From: Hypanus sabinus
Taxonomy: Eukaryota
Assembly: GCF_030144855.1 (NCBI RefSeq)
Contig: NC_082718.1
Coordinates: 92,566,001 to 92,630,000, forward strand
DNA: 64,000 nt
Direction: 5' to 3'
A program made the position numbers and the translations under genes. How positions within the stretch are numbered: the stretch's first letter is position 1; the number at the start of each line of letters is the position of its first letter. The notes below the pieces were generated by a model. The model searched no databases, had not been told where the DNA came from, and saw only the letters and a list, made by a program, of their open reading frames with translations. This document shows, one piece after another, positions 23,701 through 37,450 of this stretch.

Positions 23701-26079
23701 AGAGAAAGCCTTTGATAGGGTGGAGTGGCCTTATCTATTTCAGGTTTTGAAGAGGTTCCATTTTGGTCCAGGATTTATCTCCTGGATTAAATTGATTTAT
23801 CATGCCCCGGTAGCTGTGGTTCTCACTAATAACCAAAAGTATCCTTGCTTTAGATTATATAGAGGTACCCGTCAGGGCAGTCCCCTTAGCCCTCTATTAT
23901 TTAATTTGGCTTTCGAACCACTTGCTATTGCTCTTAGGGATTCTAATTCTGTGCAGGGTATTAGGAGAGGGGGTAAATTTCATAAAGTTTCCTTATGCGC
24001 AGATGATTTATTAGTTGACATTTCAAATCCTAAGAAATCTATTCCTTCTATGTTATCTATATTTATGGAATTTTGTACTTTTTCTGGATATAAACTTAAT
24101 TTACATAATAATGAATTATTTCCTATTAATAATTATTTTGATCAAATACCTTTTAATATTGCCAAAAGCCATTTTACTGACCTTGGTATCAAAATTACAA
24201 AAAAGTTTAAAGACCTGTATAGGTATAATTTCTTCCTTTTAGTTGAATATACTCAACAGTCGCTTTCCAAATGGTCACCTATGTCAATGTCATTGATAGG
24301 TCGAATAAATGGTATAAAATGTTTATTCTACCGAAATTTTAATATATATTTCAAGCAGTTTCCTCTTTTGTTCCAAAAACATTGTTTGATAAAAGAGACT
24401 CTCTGATTTTGTCTTATGTTTGGAAGAATAAAAGCTCTAGAGTGAATAAACTTTAATTGCAAAAATCAAAAAAAGATGGAGAGCTGGCTTTACCAAACTT
24501 TAGATTTTATTATTGGGGAATTAATATTCGCTATATTACATTTTGGATTTATGGTATAGGCGATCAAGATCACCCTTCATGGTTACAGCTGGAGGAAAAT
24601 TCAGTACTGGGGTTTTCGTTAGCTTCTTTATCAGGAGCTCATCTTCCCTTTTTGTTCTCCAGAATAGGTAAACAAGCTCTTAACCCTATTGTTAAACATA
24701 CTTTAAAAATCTGGTTTCAATTTCGTAGATTTTTTGAATTAAATGATTTTTTACTTTCTAGTAATATTTATTTGAAATTTCTTTTTTAAACCAACTTTGG
24801 ATAAGGCTTTTCTAACATGGAAAATTAAGGGAATAAAAACGTTTTTAGATTTGTTTTTGCAAGACTGTTTAATGTCTTTTTCACAGTTAATGGATAAATA
24901 TGATATCTCGAATACACATTTTTTCAGGTATTTACAGGTTGGAAATTTCTTACGTGATTTTTTACCAAATTACCCCTTGATCTGCTCTTCAAATTTGGCT
25001 CATGTTATTAATAGCTATCATTTATAAACAGTTAATGAATGCTCGCACATCACCTAATGATAGGATTCAACGCCCCCTGGGAAGTAGAACTTCAACATTC
25101 ACTCTCAGATAAGCAATGGAGTAAAATTTATTATTTAGTTAATAATTTATCTCTCTGCGTACACCATATTTTAATTCAGTTTAAGATAGTACATAGATGT
25201 CCAAAGATAAATTGGCGCATATTTTTCCTAATATATGCCCTATTTGTGATAGATGTAATGCAGAAGCGGCTACTCTAACCCATTTGTTTTCATCATGTGT
25301 AAGTTTAAATAATTTTTGTAGAGATGTGTTTTGAATATTATCTAAAGTTATAGATATGGATGTTCAACCTAATCCACACAGCAATTTTTGGGATTTCCCA
25401 GAGGAAGCAAGCAAAGTGTCTGCCTCCGCCAAACATGTGATAGCTTTTTCAACTTTACTGGGTAGGAGAGCTATGTTGCTACACTGGAAAGAATCTAACT
25501 CACCCACTGTTAGCTATTGGCTGTCCTCCATCATGTCATGTTTAAGCTTGGAGAAAATTAGAAGCCGGACATTTGATACATCTTTTGATTTTGAACAAGT
25601 CTGACAACCCTTTATTCATTATTTTCACATGATTTAATTTATCTTTATCTATCTATCTATTTGTTTATTTATTTAATCTTTATTCTCTTTGGAGAATATC
25701 CTTGTCCATGAAGGTTCGGAAGGATGAGTTTTTTTTCTCTCTCTCTCTTTCTTTTTAAAGTGTATCCTCATTTGGACTGCCCAATCTTTCTTTTTCTCTT
25801 TTTTGATTTAGTTTACTTAGTGGGGTTTTTCTTTCTCTATCAATAAAATTACGAATCTTTTTTTTACGATTGCCATGAGGAGTTGTAATGTCTCTCTGCC
25901 CTTTGTATATATAACAGCATAATATATTACCTATTTGTGTTTGATATTATATGCTTTTTGTCTTTAATATTGCTGTTTATATGTCTTTTATATTATCTAC
26001 TTGTTTAACTCCTCTTTCGATTTGTATTTGTATATTCATTATTTGAAAATCTATATAAAAGATTGAATAATGAAATGAA
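20795..26079 (+). mobile_element. 5'-truncated, degenerate L1-clade LINE (ORF1 C-terminus, spacer, ORF2 EN-RT-zinc knuckle, 3'UTR)
   Basis: APE motifs VYAPN, GGDFN, SRIDY, SDHAP. RT motifs [28 protein letters not shown]. Cys-rich CDRC..THL. Target-site duplication ATGACTGT at 20787-20794 and 26080-26087. TGAAA-repeat tail. Multiple stops and frameshifts. Confidence 0.9.
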
Positions 26080-27147
26080 ATGACTGTGGCGGTGAAATCA
26101 TTGGGTATATTTAAAGTGGAGGTCGATGAGTCATTGATTAATCAGGGCATCAGAGGTATGGGGATGAGACAGGAGAACAGGATCGTGAAGAATAAAAAAT
26201 CAATCATGATGGAATGATGGAGCAGAATCGATGGGCTGAATGGCCCAATTCTGCTCCTATGTCTTATGGGTGGCAATGAAGGTGCCAGAGTGCTGTAAGA
26301 GCCTGTCTGCTATACTAATGTTAAAATAATTTTTCTAACCTGATAGGCTCCATCTAGGAATGTCAACCAACCGCAATTTACTTGCTCGAATTCTTTGGAA
26401 ATGACTGTTGTGGATCACTGTTTGCAGCTAAGAACTCCAACACAAGATGGCAGTGTTGAAAAGAATGAACACCGAATCTCCTTTGTGAAAAATGTCTTTA
26501 CAAACAAGGGCGTGTGGGATACTGGGATAGCAGGTGCTTGCCACATCCTGCCCCCAAACCCTCCCCACGCACCCACAGAACCCAATTAAAATATTTCCAG
26601 CGTTCTTTTTTCACATTATTTCACACAGGCCAGCCTGAGCTTCAGTACGTCTATGCATACGTGCACGATTGCACACATGCAGATAGTTGAATTGGGGAGG
26701 CTAGAATGTGGAAGAACGTTGTGATGCACGGTCGTGTGTGCTCAGATATATGCTTGTGATTTAACTGCATGCTTGCTCGTATGTAGGGGTACGCTAGTTA
26801 TTGAGAACTATGAGTAGGGCAGCTGTGCAGCAGTGAATGATTTTAATATGCACTGAACTGCCTCACCACATTATAAGCATCACGATGGAGTGTGGCCTGA
26901 GAGACTGTTGCTGCCTCTCCTCCCAGAAGCATGGGGAAACGTGTCCAGGCTGCATGAAGGAGAGCCGAACTGACTTTTAACTTCCATTCTGCAGATATTT
27001 GTGGTAATACGAAATCTACTCTAGGAATGTGTTTATCTCTCTGTACTCTGTGAGTAATATGCACAGAACTGCAATTAAATATATTTAGATGGATTTGAAT
27101 AATAGTTTGCTCATTTCACTGAGGGCATCTGCAGGACCAATTTACCA

Positions 27148-28285
27148 GTACCCTGAGACCTCATCCTTAATGATCAACTCTGACATCTTCCCAACACTGA
27201 GGTGAGATGAACTGGCCTACAGTTTCCTTTTCCTTTCTCTCTCCTTTTTTGAAGAGTGTGGTGACTTTGGCAATTTTCCCATCTTCCGGAACCATTCCAG
27301 AATCCAGTGATTCTTGAAAGATCATGCCTGATGTCTCCACAATCTCTTCAGAACTCTGGAGTGTACACTATCTGGTAGAGGTAACTTATCTACCTTCAGA
27401 CCTTCCAGCTTTCCAAGAGTCTTCTCTCTAGTCATGGCAGCTTCTCACACTTCACAAACCCTGTCACTGGAGCCGCCACCTTCCTGCTAGTGTCTTCCAC
27501 AGTGAAAATGGATGCCAAATGATTGGTCTGTTTCTTTGCTATTTCATAGCCTCCCATTACTACCAGTCCAGCGTGATTTTGCAATGGTCCAATATCCACT
27601 CTCACCTCTCTTTTACACTTCATGTATCTGACGAAACTGATGGTATTAAACTCTTTAATATAATTGCTAAGCTTACTTCTGTATTGCATCCTGACCTTCC
27701 TAGTGATATTATTATTGCCTTCTGTTGCTTTTTGAAAGCTCCCCAATCCTCTAACTTCCCACTAATTTTCACTCTATTGTATGCTGTCTCTTTGGCTTTT
27801 ATGTTGGCTTTGACTTCTCTAGTTAGCCATGGTTTGTTATCTTTCCTTTAAAGTGCTTCATCCTCTCTGGGATGTATATATCCTCAGTTTTCTGAATAGG
27901 TTTCAGAAATTCCAGCCATTGCTGCTCTACTGTCTGCCCTGCCAGTGTTCTTTTCCAATCAATTCTGGCCAACTCCTCTCCATTTTTCTGTAATTCCCTT
28001 TACTCCACTGTAATGCTGATACATCTGACTTTAGCATCTCCTTCTCAGATTTCAGGGTGCAATCAATCAAATTATGATCACTTTCCCCTGAGGTTTCTTT
28101 TACCTTAGGTCTCTAGTCAATTCTGCTTTATCGCACAACACCCAATCCAGAATAGCTGGCCTTCTAGTGGGCTCAACCAGCAGCTGCTCTAGAAAGCCCT
28201 CTCATAGGCACTTTGGAAATCCCCCTCTCCAGTAATCCAGCACCAACTTGATTTTCCCAATCTACCTGCTTATTGAATTCCCCCA
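27148..28285 (-). mobile_element. CR1 ORF2 fragment (paralog)
   Basis: ORF 27432-27746(-); colinear with 16640-17750. Confidence 0.8.
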
Positions 28286-28821
28286 AGACTGTTGCAATAT
28301 TGCCTTTCTGCATGTATTGCATTGAATCTTATTCTTTCTGTGAGCAAAGTTAACAAACTTTGAATATAACTTATCAATTCTTTGAATTTTGCTGTACGCA
28401 GAACGTCAGATATGAATATTCTGAGTAAGTTTATTTGTCTGTGAAATGTTGTGACTGTGTTACTGTTATGCTTTGGACAATGGAGAAATCAGCCCAGGAA
28501 TGGGTCTCCAGTGAGGCTGTCTATTCTGCTCATAGCCCACCAGTAAATTGTACCACAATCATCCTCAGTCTAATCAGAAAAACAACTTTTTGTAGGTATT
28601 ATAGTTTCATCTAAAATCATGGGAACTATTGTGCAAATGCAAATATAAATGTATAGCAATAAATGAGGTGAAAATGAAGTAACAATGAACAAGTAAATTT
28701 ATGTGTTCATAAAGTGTGATGATTGGTTGTGGGAACAGCTGAAACAGAATGAGTGTTGTTTTTGTTCCAGAGCTTGATGGTTGGGGGTAGCAACTGTTGT
28801 TGAACTTGAAGAAACTCAGTG

Positions 28822-29245
28822 CAATTGTTGTTTGAACCAAACATTAGAGATGGGAGGAAATGTGATCTAAATGACTTTGGCCATAGAATGATTGTTGGTT
28901 CCAGATGGGGTGGACTGAATATATCAGGAAGTGCTGATCTTTGGGACTTTCACTCACAACAGTATAGAGAGTGGACCAAAAAACAAACAAAAAAAAACAT
29001 CCAGTGAGAAGCAGTTCTGTTGGTGAAAACGTTTTGTTAATGAGAGGTCAGAGGCGAATGGCCAGATGGGCTCTTGCTGACAGGAACTCCAATAACCATG
29101 TGTTGCAACAGCGTGGTGCAAATGAGCATCTCTGAATGCTGAGCCTTGAAATAGATTGGCTACAGCTGCAGAGGACTACGAACATACAGTCGGTCGCCTC
29201 TTTATTAGGTCGAGGGTTTACCTAATAAAGGGGCCACTGAGTGTA
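28822..29245 (+). mobile_element. Internally deleted Tc1/mariner remnant ~470 bp upstream of the ATG. Paralogs: 1880-2303(-), 18282-18705, 50650-51073, 61209-61635; partial 6081-6359 and 46585-46862(-)
   Basis: ORF 28819 (GRKCDLNDFGHRMIVGSRWGGLNISGSADL...YREW) resembles a Tc1 N-terminal HTH. Ends in TIR cctaataaaggggccactgagtg followed by TA. Confidence 0.75.
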
Positions 29246-29716
29246 TTGTAACCTGTGATCAAATCCTCAACGTGTGTGCAGCAGCTGTTTCTAGGCTATT
29301 ATTCGTGAGTGGGAACGTGAATGATGCCAACGTTCATTCTGGATCTGGCAGCTAACAGGGCACCTGAAATCGGGGCCTTACTGAGAACGGAAGGGCACAC
29401 TTCCACTCTGACCATTTGAGATTGCTTTTAGTTTAACACCACATACCCTGGAAGGGAAGGGAGGGAGTCAGTCTGAGTGAAGAAATGGAATGAGGAATTG
29501 CTCCTAATATGGTTAAAGAGCTGACGGTGAAAGAAGCTGCGTACTTCATAGTGAGGCTTGCCACAGTTCCACTTATGTGACAAAGTGCACGTTCAGTGTG
29601 GCTTATGGCAACTAACAACTTCAAACAAACTCATTCGACGAAGTCCAGCTTGTTCAACTTCGAATGAGTTCGCTCCGCTCTGAAACATCTTGACTGTGCG
29701 GCCGCTTTTTTGTACA

Positions 29717-30724
29717 ATGGCGAACTCGACCCCGGAATGTGCTCCTGGTGAAGATGTTAACTCGTCCTACAACCCGCCCGTAATTATCGTCACATTCATC
29801 CTCGGGATTGTTGGAAATACGGTTGCTTTGTGGATCTTTTGTATTCATGTGAAGTCCCGGAAACCGAGTATTGTGTATTCACTGAATCTGATGATTGCGG
29901 ACACTCTGTTAATGTGCTGTCTACCCTTCCGAGCTGATTATTTTCTCCGAGGGAAGGACTGGATTTTTGGTGAAGGACTGTGTCGACTGAACGTGTTCAT
30001 GATTTCCCTGAACCGGATTGGCAGCGTCTTTTTCCTCATGGTTATTGCGATCGATCGTTACCTTAAGGTGGTTCATCCACTTCACAAAGTAAACAAGATC
30101 CCTACAAGGTGTGCGGTGATGATAGCCGGCGGTCTGTGGATTGTAGCGGTGGCTATTTGTTTGCACTTGCTGTTCGCCAAACATGACTTCAAACAGCACA
30201 ACATGACAAACTGTGAGCCTTTCAGCATTAACAAGGCTCTGAGTCCCACAGCAGTTTGGACAGACTTTATTTTTATATTCTTTCAGTTTCTTTTGCCAGT
30301 TTCAGTAATCCTCTTCTCTACGTCCTCCATCATCTGGAGGTTACGGCAGATGGAAGCTGGAATGCGGGGTAAATATAAGCGAACTGTGAAACTTGTGACA
30401 GCCGTGGCTGCAGTTTTTGTCATTTGCTTCTTGCCCACCAGTGTTGCTGTGGTCGCGGTTTTGGTCACTAAGCTAAGAAGTCCCTTCGACTGCAAGTCGT
30501 ATCACACAGCAGTGAATATCTTTTACAATACGCTGTTTATAACGTATCTGAACAGTGTGGTCGATCCCATTGTTTACTATTTTTCTACTTCGCAGTTTCA
30601 ACATGCTTTCGAGAAGGCTCTATTTGATCTTAATTTAAGCTCTTCCAAATCAGCCACTGAACCCGGAACATCCAGGGAGGAGCAGACTGTGGATCAGCAA
30701 ACGAGCTCTGTAACAGCTTTCTGA
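29717..30724 (+). CDS. HCAR/OXER1-group GPCR, copy B4, intact, 335 aa
   Basis: Full 7TM ORF with B-type residues (CIHV, RGKDWIF, KIPT, LLFAK, HNMTNC, RSPF). Confidence 0.92.
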   Translation: MANSTPECAPGEDVNSSYNPPVIIVTFILGIVGNTVALWIFCIHVKSRKPSIVYSLNLMIADTLLMCCLPFRADYFLRGKDWIFGEGLCRLNVFMISLNRIGSVFFLMVIAIDRYLKVVHPLHKVNKIPTRCAVMIAGGLWIVAVAICLHLLFAKHDFKQHNMTNCEPFSINKALSPTAVWTDFIFIFFQFLLPVSVILFSTSSIIWRLRQMEAGMRGKYKRTVKLVTAVAAVFVICFLPTSVAVVAVLVTKLRSPFDCKSYHTAVNIFYNTLFITYLNSVVDPIVYYFSTSQFQHAFEKALFDLNLSSSKSATEPGTSREEQTVDQQTSSVTAF

Positions 30725-31533
30725 TCGCTCAGGGTCCGCGTGAACTAGATGCCCTCAAAGCAAAGGTGATTAATGCGCCCGAAATCAGAAATTTATCAAA
30801 TGGTAATAATTTTCTGAAGGGTAAGTTGATCTGAACGAACAAGTTCCGTAATACACTTCCCTTTCTGTAAAGGAGAGATTGCATCTTATCTACAAAACTA
30901 ACTTTATTTCAGAGCTTGTTCGTTAAGAAATTCTTCCTTTCTTTAAAGCAGTTTCCCCAATTTTTTTTATGCCTTGGGGGCCTTACAGTTATCTGAGGGG
31001 TCGGTGGACCACAGGTTGGAAATCCTGTTTTAAGTGAAAGGGTTCTGTGTTATGTATGGGTATTTAGGATTTCCTCTTTCCATAGAAGCAACTGCTTCCT
31101 CAGATGAATTCAACCTGCGTGTCTCCATTGTAGCTAGCTTCTACCCGTTATAGTGGGCCAATCTCAGGTTGACTGACTGCCCATCAGTATCTGCGGTAAT
31201 CTATTCATCCAAGTACAACACTACCTATGGACTTTCAGTCAGAAGGGAAGTGATGTTAGGAGTTGCTGGGATGGTGCCAAGCTGCATGCACCCATATCGT
31301 GATGGTACTGGAACCGGATTCTAGAAAAAAGCCTATTCTAGTGAACTGGAGACAGGAACCGAAGTGCTGGTTCGAAATTAGAGAATTTATTTTCAGTAGA
31401 TAAAATTGAAATCTGGAATGAAGAAGGGATGTCAGTCTTGAAGAAGGATTATCAGGATTTGCAACAGAGATGACTATGAACTTCTTTAACTAGAGGTGGC
31501 GAATCTGTGGAATTCTTTGCCACGGATGACTGC

Positions 31534-34500
31534 AGAGGGCGTCAGCCGAATTACGTCCTCGAGCGGTTGTACTTTCTTTGCATTGTTACACGACTAAAGA
31601 AGCTATTCTTCGAGGAGCCAGAGAGAAACGGAAATTACTCTTTAATTAAACAGACATTCGTATAGTTGAAGATTATCCCCCCGAAATCTTGACCGAAAGA
31701 AAGAAATATCGAGAAGTTATGAGTGAAATGTATAAATTAGATTTAAATCCCTCTCTTCACTTTCCAGCAAAGCTGATAATTTTCCGTGAAAAATCTCAAC
31801 CATTGAGAATCTACTCTCCTCACGAGGGATGGGAGTATATTAAAAAGTTTAAAGTTAAGCCTACTGAATAAAATATTAAAGTTACATCGATTATTCAATA
31901 GCCAATTTTGAAGTATCTGTTGTATGAGTTGTTGATGGAGCTTTTGAGTTAAGTACATGTTATACCTTTTCACTCTCTGGTATGGGACGTGGTCGATTTA
32001 ATTTTGTTTTTTACCTTAATTAATACATATATAACTGTTTTGTAGGGAACGTTTATGGTATTGTACTTTAGTGATCCGTGTAGGAGCTGTTGTGTATTAA
32101 TCTTTGTATTTTTTATTTGTTTCTGTACTTATAGTTTTAGGTCTGTTATGTACATATATTCATTTATTTTTCTTTTTCGAGAGAAAGAATATACTTTGTA
32201 ACAATATTTACTCGGATTTATTCTTTCTTTTGAATATGTGTTTAAGCTACTTTAGCTGATTCTAAGATGGCCGAGGTTGATTATGTTTTTATTAATGTTA
32301 GACACAACATTATAGTAGTTGAATTCTGTTTGTGCCTTTTATTATAGCTATTTTCCGTGGGAATTTTTTTTTATATATGGAGCTGCAAGTTGGAGAACAG
32401 GGTCAAAGTTGATTAGTTAGCATGGGACCAGCCTATTGGTTTCTTCCTTTCTATCTATTGGGCGGGGGGAGGGGGCAGGGGTCTATTACAGTCGGTGTTT
32501 TTCTTGATTGGGCAGTTCTTTTGATGGATTTCTCTATCGTAAATGTGTCACCCCTTCCGTTTGTACCCGCGTTTGGTTTAATCTGTACTTAAGTAACATT
32601 TCTTTTATATAATATTAAACTCAATTTTAAACATGGATGTTATTAAAATGAACATAATATCTTGGAATTGGAACGGTGTCAATCATCCCATTAAACGTAA
32701 AAAGGTTGTTAAGAAATTAAACACACAATGCTGGTACTATTTTTGCGCAAGAAAATCATATACGAAAACAGGATGGGGATAGATTTTTTCGCTTTTGGAA
32801 AGGTTCTCTTTTTCACTCACTGTCGGATAGTAAAACAAGAGGCGTTTCTATATTCCTTAGTCTCAAAACCCTTTTTGTACACCTTAATTCTACTACTGAT
32901 TTGATTGGAAGATATTTAATTGTTACTGATTTATTATGCGAGCAAAAGGTAACTCTGGTGTGTGTATACGCACCTAATGTAGATAATTCTGATGTTTTAA
33001 AGAAACTTTTTTCAGTGTTCCCGAATCTCAATGAATATAAACTGATCATGGGTGGTGACTTTAACTGTTGCTTAAATCCTGCGATTGACAGGTCATCAAC
33101 CAATCCGTCGCGTCCTAATAAAGCGGCATCTTGTATTAACTCTTTTTTATTAGAATATGGCCTTGTCGATATTTGGAGATATAGACACCCGAATGATAAA
33201 GCTTTCTCCTTCTTTTCACACGTCCATCACAAATATTCTCGAACTGATTACTTTTTTTTAGATACACGTCTGTTGAACTCCGTTGTTGAATGTGCGTATG
33301 ACATCATTGAGCTTTCAGATCACGCGCCTTTAAAGTTAACTTTTAAGCTCCCGGATAGAGTTTTGAAAATCTCACAATGGAGATTGAACCCCGTTTTGTT
33401 ACGGGGTCCAGCTTTTGTTAATTTTAAGGAGCAAATTTCTATATTTTTTGAATTTAATACAAAGGAAGGAATGTCAAATCTGCTTATATGGGACACCTTG
33501 AAATCTTTTTGACGGGAGAGATAATCTCATATTCAGCAGCCTTGAGAAACAAAATTAAAGCGGAATTGTCAGTGCTTATTAATAAAATTAAACAGATAGA
33601 TAAAGCGTATACAGTTAAACCTACTGAAGACCTTTATGAAGAAAGGGTCGAACTTCAATCACAGTATGATTTACTTCGGACCTTTCCCACTGAACAGCAA
33701 ATTTTTAAATCTAAAAGTTCATTTTATATACATGGGGAAAAATCTGCTGAACTTTTAGCGGGTCATTTAAAGGCTGGGATGGTCAGAAGACAGATTTTAA
33801 AAATTCGCCGGCCAGATAGAACAGAAACTTTAGATCCTTATGAAATTCAAAAGATATTTATGGACTTTTATTCTAATCTTTATAAATCTGAATTCTCTGA
33901 TAGTAATATCACTATGAATAGATTTTTGCAAAGTCTAAACATACCTCAAATTTCGATTCAAGATGCTGATATGTTAGATGCACCTATTAAACAAGAGGAT
34001 ATAGCCAAGGCTATATCCTCTATGCAATTAGGTAAAGCTCCGTGACCTGATGGTTATACGGTAGAATTTTATAAGACCTTTCACGAAACGCTTATACCAC
34101 ATGTTCATCAAACGTTCACTGATTCTACATCTTCTGGGAACCTTCCTAAAACTTTTTATGAAGTACTAATTTCATTGATTCTATAAAAAGGGAAAGACCC
34201 ACTGGAATGTGTATCCTATGGACATATTTCTTTACCGAATGTAGATTTTAAAATCCTCTGTAAGATTCTAGCAAATGGCCTTGAGAGTATATTGCCTAAT
34301 GTTATCTCAAACGATCAAGCAGGTTTTATTAAAAATAGGTACTCACATTTTAATATTCGAAGATTATTCAATATCATTTATTCACCTTCAACCTAAGAAT
34401 CTGAATGTGTTGTTTCTTTGGAGGCAGAGAAAGCCTTTGATAGGGTGGAGTGGCCTTATCTATTTCAGGTTTTGAAGAGGTTCAATTCTGGTCCAGGATT

Positions 34501-34656
34501 TATCTCCTGGATTAAATTGATTTATCATGCCACGGTAGCTGTGGTTCTCACTAACAACCAAAAGTATCCTTGCTTTAGATTATATAGAGGTACCCGTCAG
34601 GGCTGTCCCCTTAGCTCTCTATTATTTAATTTGGCTTTCGAACCACTTGCTATTGC
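31534..34656 (+). mobile_element. 5' part of the same L1 insertion in the B monomer, broken within RT
   Basis: Same 5' junction (atgactgc-agagggcgtc). ORFs 31689, 32901, 33488 and 34418. Ends at ccacttgctattgc, followed by AT-rich filler. Confidence 0.9.
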
Positions 34657-35179
34657 AATAATAATTAATAACCTCAACCATCAAGCTCTAGAACAAAAAC
34701 GACACTCATTCTGTTTCAGCTGTTCCCACAACCAATGATCACACTTTATGAACACTTTACATTGTTACTTCATGCTCACCTCATTTATTGCTATTTATTT
34801 ATATTTGCATTTGCACAATGGTTCCCATGCTGAACTTCTCTATGATTTTAGATGAAATTATAATACCTACAAAGAGTTGTTTTTCTGATTAGACTGAGGA
34901 AGATTGTGCTACAATTACTGGCGGGCTATGAGCAGAATTGACAGCCTCACTGGAGACCCATTCCTGGGCTGATTTTTCCATTGTGCAAAGCAGAACAGTA
35001 ACACAGTCACAACATTTCAGAGACAAGTAAGCTTATTCAGAATGATCATATATGACGTTCTACATACAGCAAAATTCAACGCATTGCTAAGTTGTATTCA
35101 AAGTTTGTTAACTTTGCTCCCAGAAAGCATAAGATTCAATGCAATGCATGCAGAAAAGCAATATTACAACAGTCACGGT

Positions 35180-36300
35180 GGAATTCAATATGCAGGTAAA
35201 TTGGGAAAATCAAGTTGGTGCTGGATTACTGGAGAGGAGGATTTCCAGAGTGCCTATGAGAGGGCTTTCTAGAGCAGCTGCTGGTTGAGCCCACTAGACG
35301 GCCAGCTATTCTGGATTAGGTGTTGTGCGATAAACCAGAGTTGATTAGAGAGCTTAAGGTAAAAGAAACCTCAGGGGAAATTGATCATAATTTGATTGCA
35401 TTCACCCTGAAATCTGAGAAGGGAAGTTAAAGTCAGATGTATCAGTATTACAGTGGAGTAAAGGGAATTACAGAAGCATGAGGGAGGATTTGACCAGAAT
35501 AACTGGCAGGGCTGATAGTAGAACAGCAATACCTAGAATTTCTGGAAGCTATTCAGAAAACTGAGGATATATACATCCCAGAGAGGATGAAGCACTTTAA
35601 AGGAAAGATGACAAACCATGGCTAACAAGAGAAGTCAAAGCCAACATAAAAGCCAAACAGACGGCATATAATAGAGTGAAAATTAGTGGGAAGTTAGAGG
35701 ATTGGGGAGCTTTTAAAAAGCAACAGAAGGCATTAAGAATATCACTTGGAAGGTAAGGATGCAATACAGAAGTGAGCTAAGCAATAATATTAAAGAGTTT
35801 AATACAAACAGCTTCCTCAGATACATAAACAATAAAAGAGAAGTGAGAGTGGATATTGGACCATTGCAAAATCACGCTGGACTGGTAGTAATGGGAGGCT
35901 ATGAAATAGCAAAGAAACAGACCAATTATTTGGCATCCATTTTCACTGTGGAAGACACTAGCAGGAAGGTGGAGGCTCCAGTGACAGGGGTCGTGAAGTG
36001 TGAGAAGCTGCCATGACTGGAGAGAAGACTCTTGGAAAGCTGGAAGGTCTGAAGGTAGATAAGTTACCTCGACCAGATACTGTATGCTCCAGATTTCTGA
36101 AGAGATTGTGGAGATATCAGGCAATATCTTTCAAGAATCACTGGATTCTGGAATGGTTCTGGAAGATGGGAAAATTGCCAAAGTCACCACACTCTTCAAA
36201 AAAGGAGAGAGAAAGGAAAAGGAAACTGTAGGCCAGTTCATCTCACCTCGGTGTTGGGAAGATGTCAGAGTTGATCATTAAGGATGAGGTCTCAGGGTAC
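35180..36300 (+). mobile_element. CR1 ORF2 fragment (paralog)
   Basis: ORFs 35759, 36013 and 36084. Confidence 0.8.
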
Positions 36301-37450
36301 TGGTAAATTGGTCCTGCAGATGCCCTCAGTGAAATGAGCAAAACATTATTCAAATCCATCTAAATATATTTAATTGCAGTTCTGTGCATATTACTCACAG
36401 AGTACAGCGAGATAAGCACATTCCTAGAGTAGATTTCGTGTTACCACAAATATCTGCAGAATGGAAGTTAAAAGTCAGTTCTGCTCTCCTTCATGCAGCC
36501 TGGCCACGATTCCCCATGCTTCTGGGAGGAGAGGCTGCAACGGTCTCTCGGGCCACACTGCATCGTGATGTTTAGAATGTGGTGAAGCAGTTCAGTGCGT
36601 ATTAAAATCATTCACTGCTGCACAGCTGCCCTACTCATAGTTCTCAATAACTAGCGTACCTCTGCATACGAGCATGCATGCAGTTAAATCACAAGCATAT
36701 ATCTGAGCACACACGACCGTGCATCACAACGTTCTTCCACATTCTAGCTTCCCCAATTCAACTATCTGCATGTGTGCAATCGTGCACGTATGCATAGACG
36801 TACTGAAGCTCAGGCTGGCCTGTGTGAAATAATGGAATAAACAACGCTGGAGATATTTTAATTTGATTCTGTGGGTGCGGCGGGAGGGTTTGGGGGCAGG
36901 ATGTGGAAAGCACCTGCTATCCCAGTATCCCACACGCCCTTGTTTGTAAAGACATTCTTCACAAGGGATGTTCGGTGTTCATTCTTTTCAACACTGCCAT
37001 CTTGTGTTGGAGTTCTTAGCTGCAAACAAGTGATCCACAACAGTCATTTCCAAAGAATTAGAGCAAGTAAATTGCTGTTGGTTGACATTCCTAGATGGAG
37101 CCGACCAGGTTAGCATAATTATTTTAACATTAGTATAGCAGAGAGGCTCTTACAACACTCTGGTAACTTCATTGGCACCCATAAGACATAGGAGCAGAAT
37201 TGGGCCATTCAGCCCATCGATTCTACTCCATCATTCCATCATGATTGATTCATTATTCTTCTCAATCTCGTTCTCCTGCCTCATTCCCATACCTTTCATG
37301 CCCTGATTAATCAAGAACCCATCAACCTCCACTTTAAATGCACCAAATGATTTCACCACCAAAGTCATCCGTGGCAAAGAATTCCCCAGATTTGCCACCC
37401 TCTGGTTTAAGAAGTGCATAGTCATCTCTGTTGCAAATCCTGATCATCCT

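Larger units (their letters stand above)
18072..31618 (+). repeat. Direct segmental duplication, copy 1 (partner 50440-64000; period ~32.37 kb)
   Basis: ORF pairs with offsets of 32368-32390 (19150/51518, 23693/56071, 29690/62080). Confidence 0.95.

Noticed and set aside
20795-26079. Active or domesticated L1
   Set aside because: 5'-truncated, YADD changed to CADD, and many stops and frameshifts. Copies share one insertion site, so they multiplied by segmental duplication.
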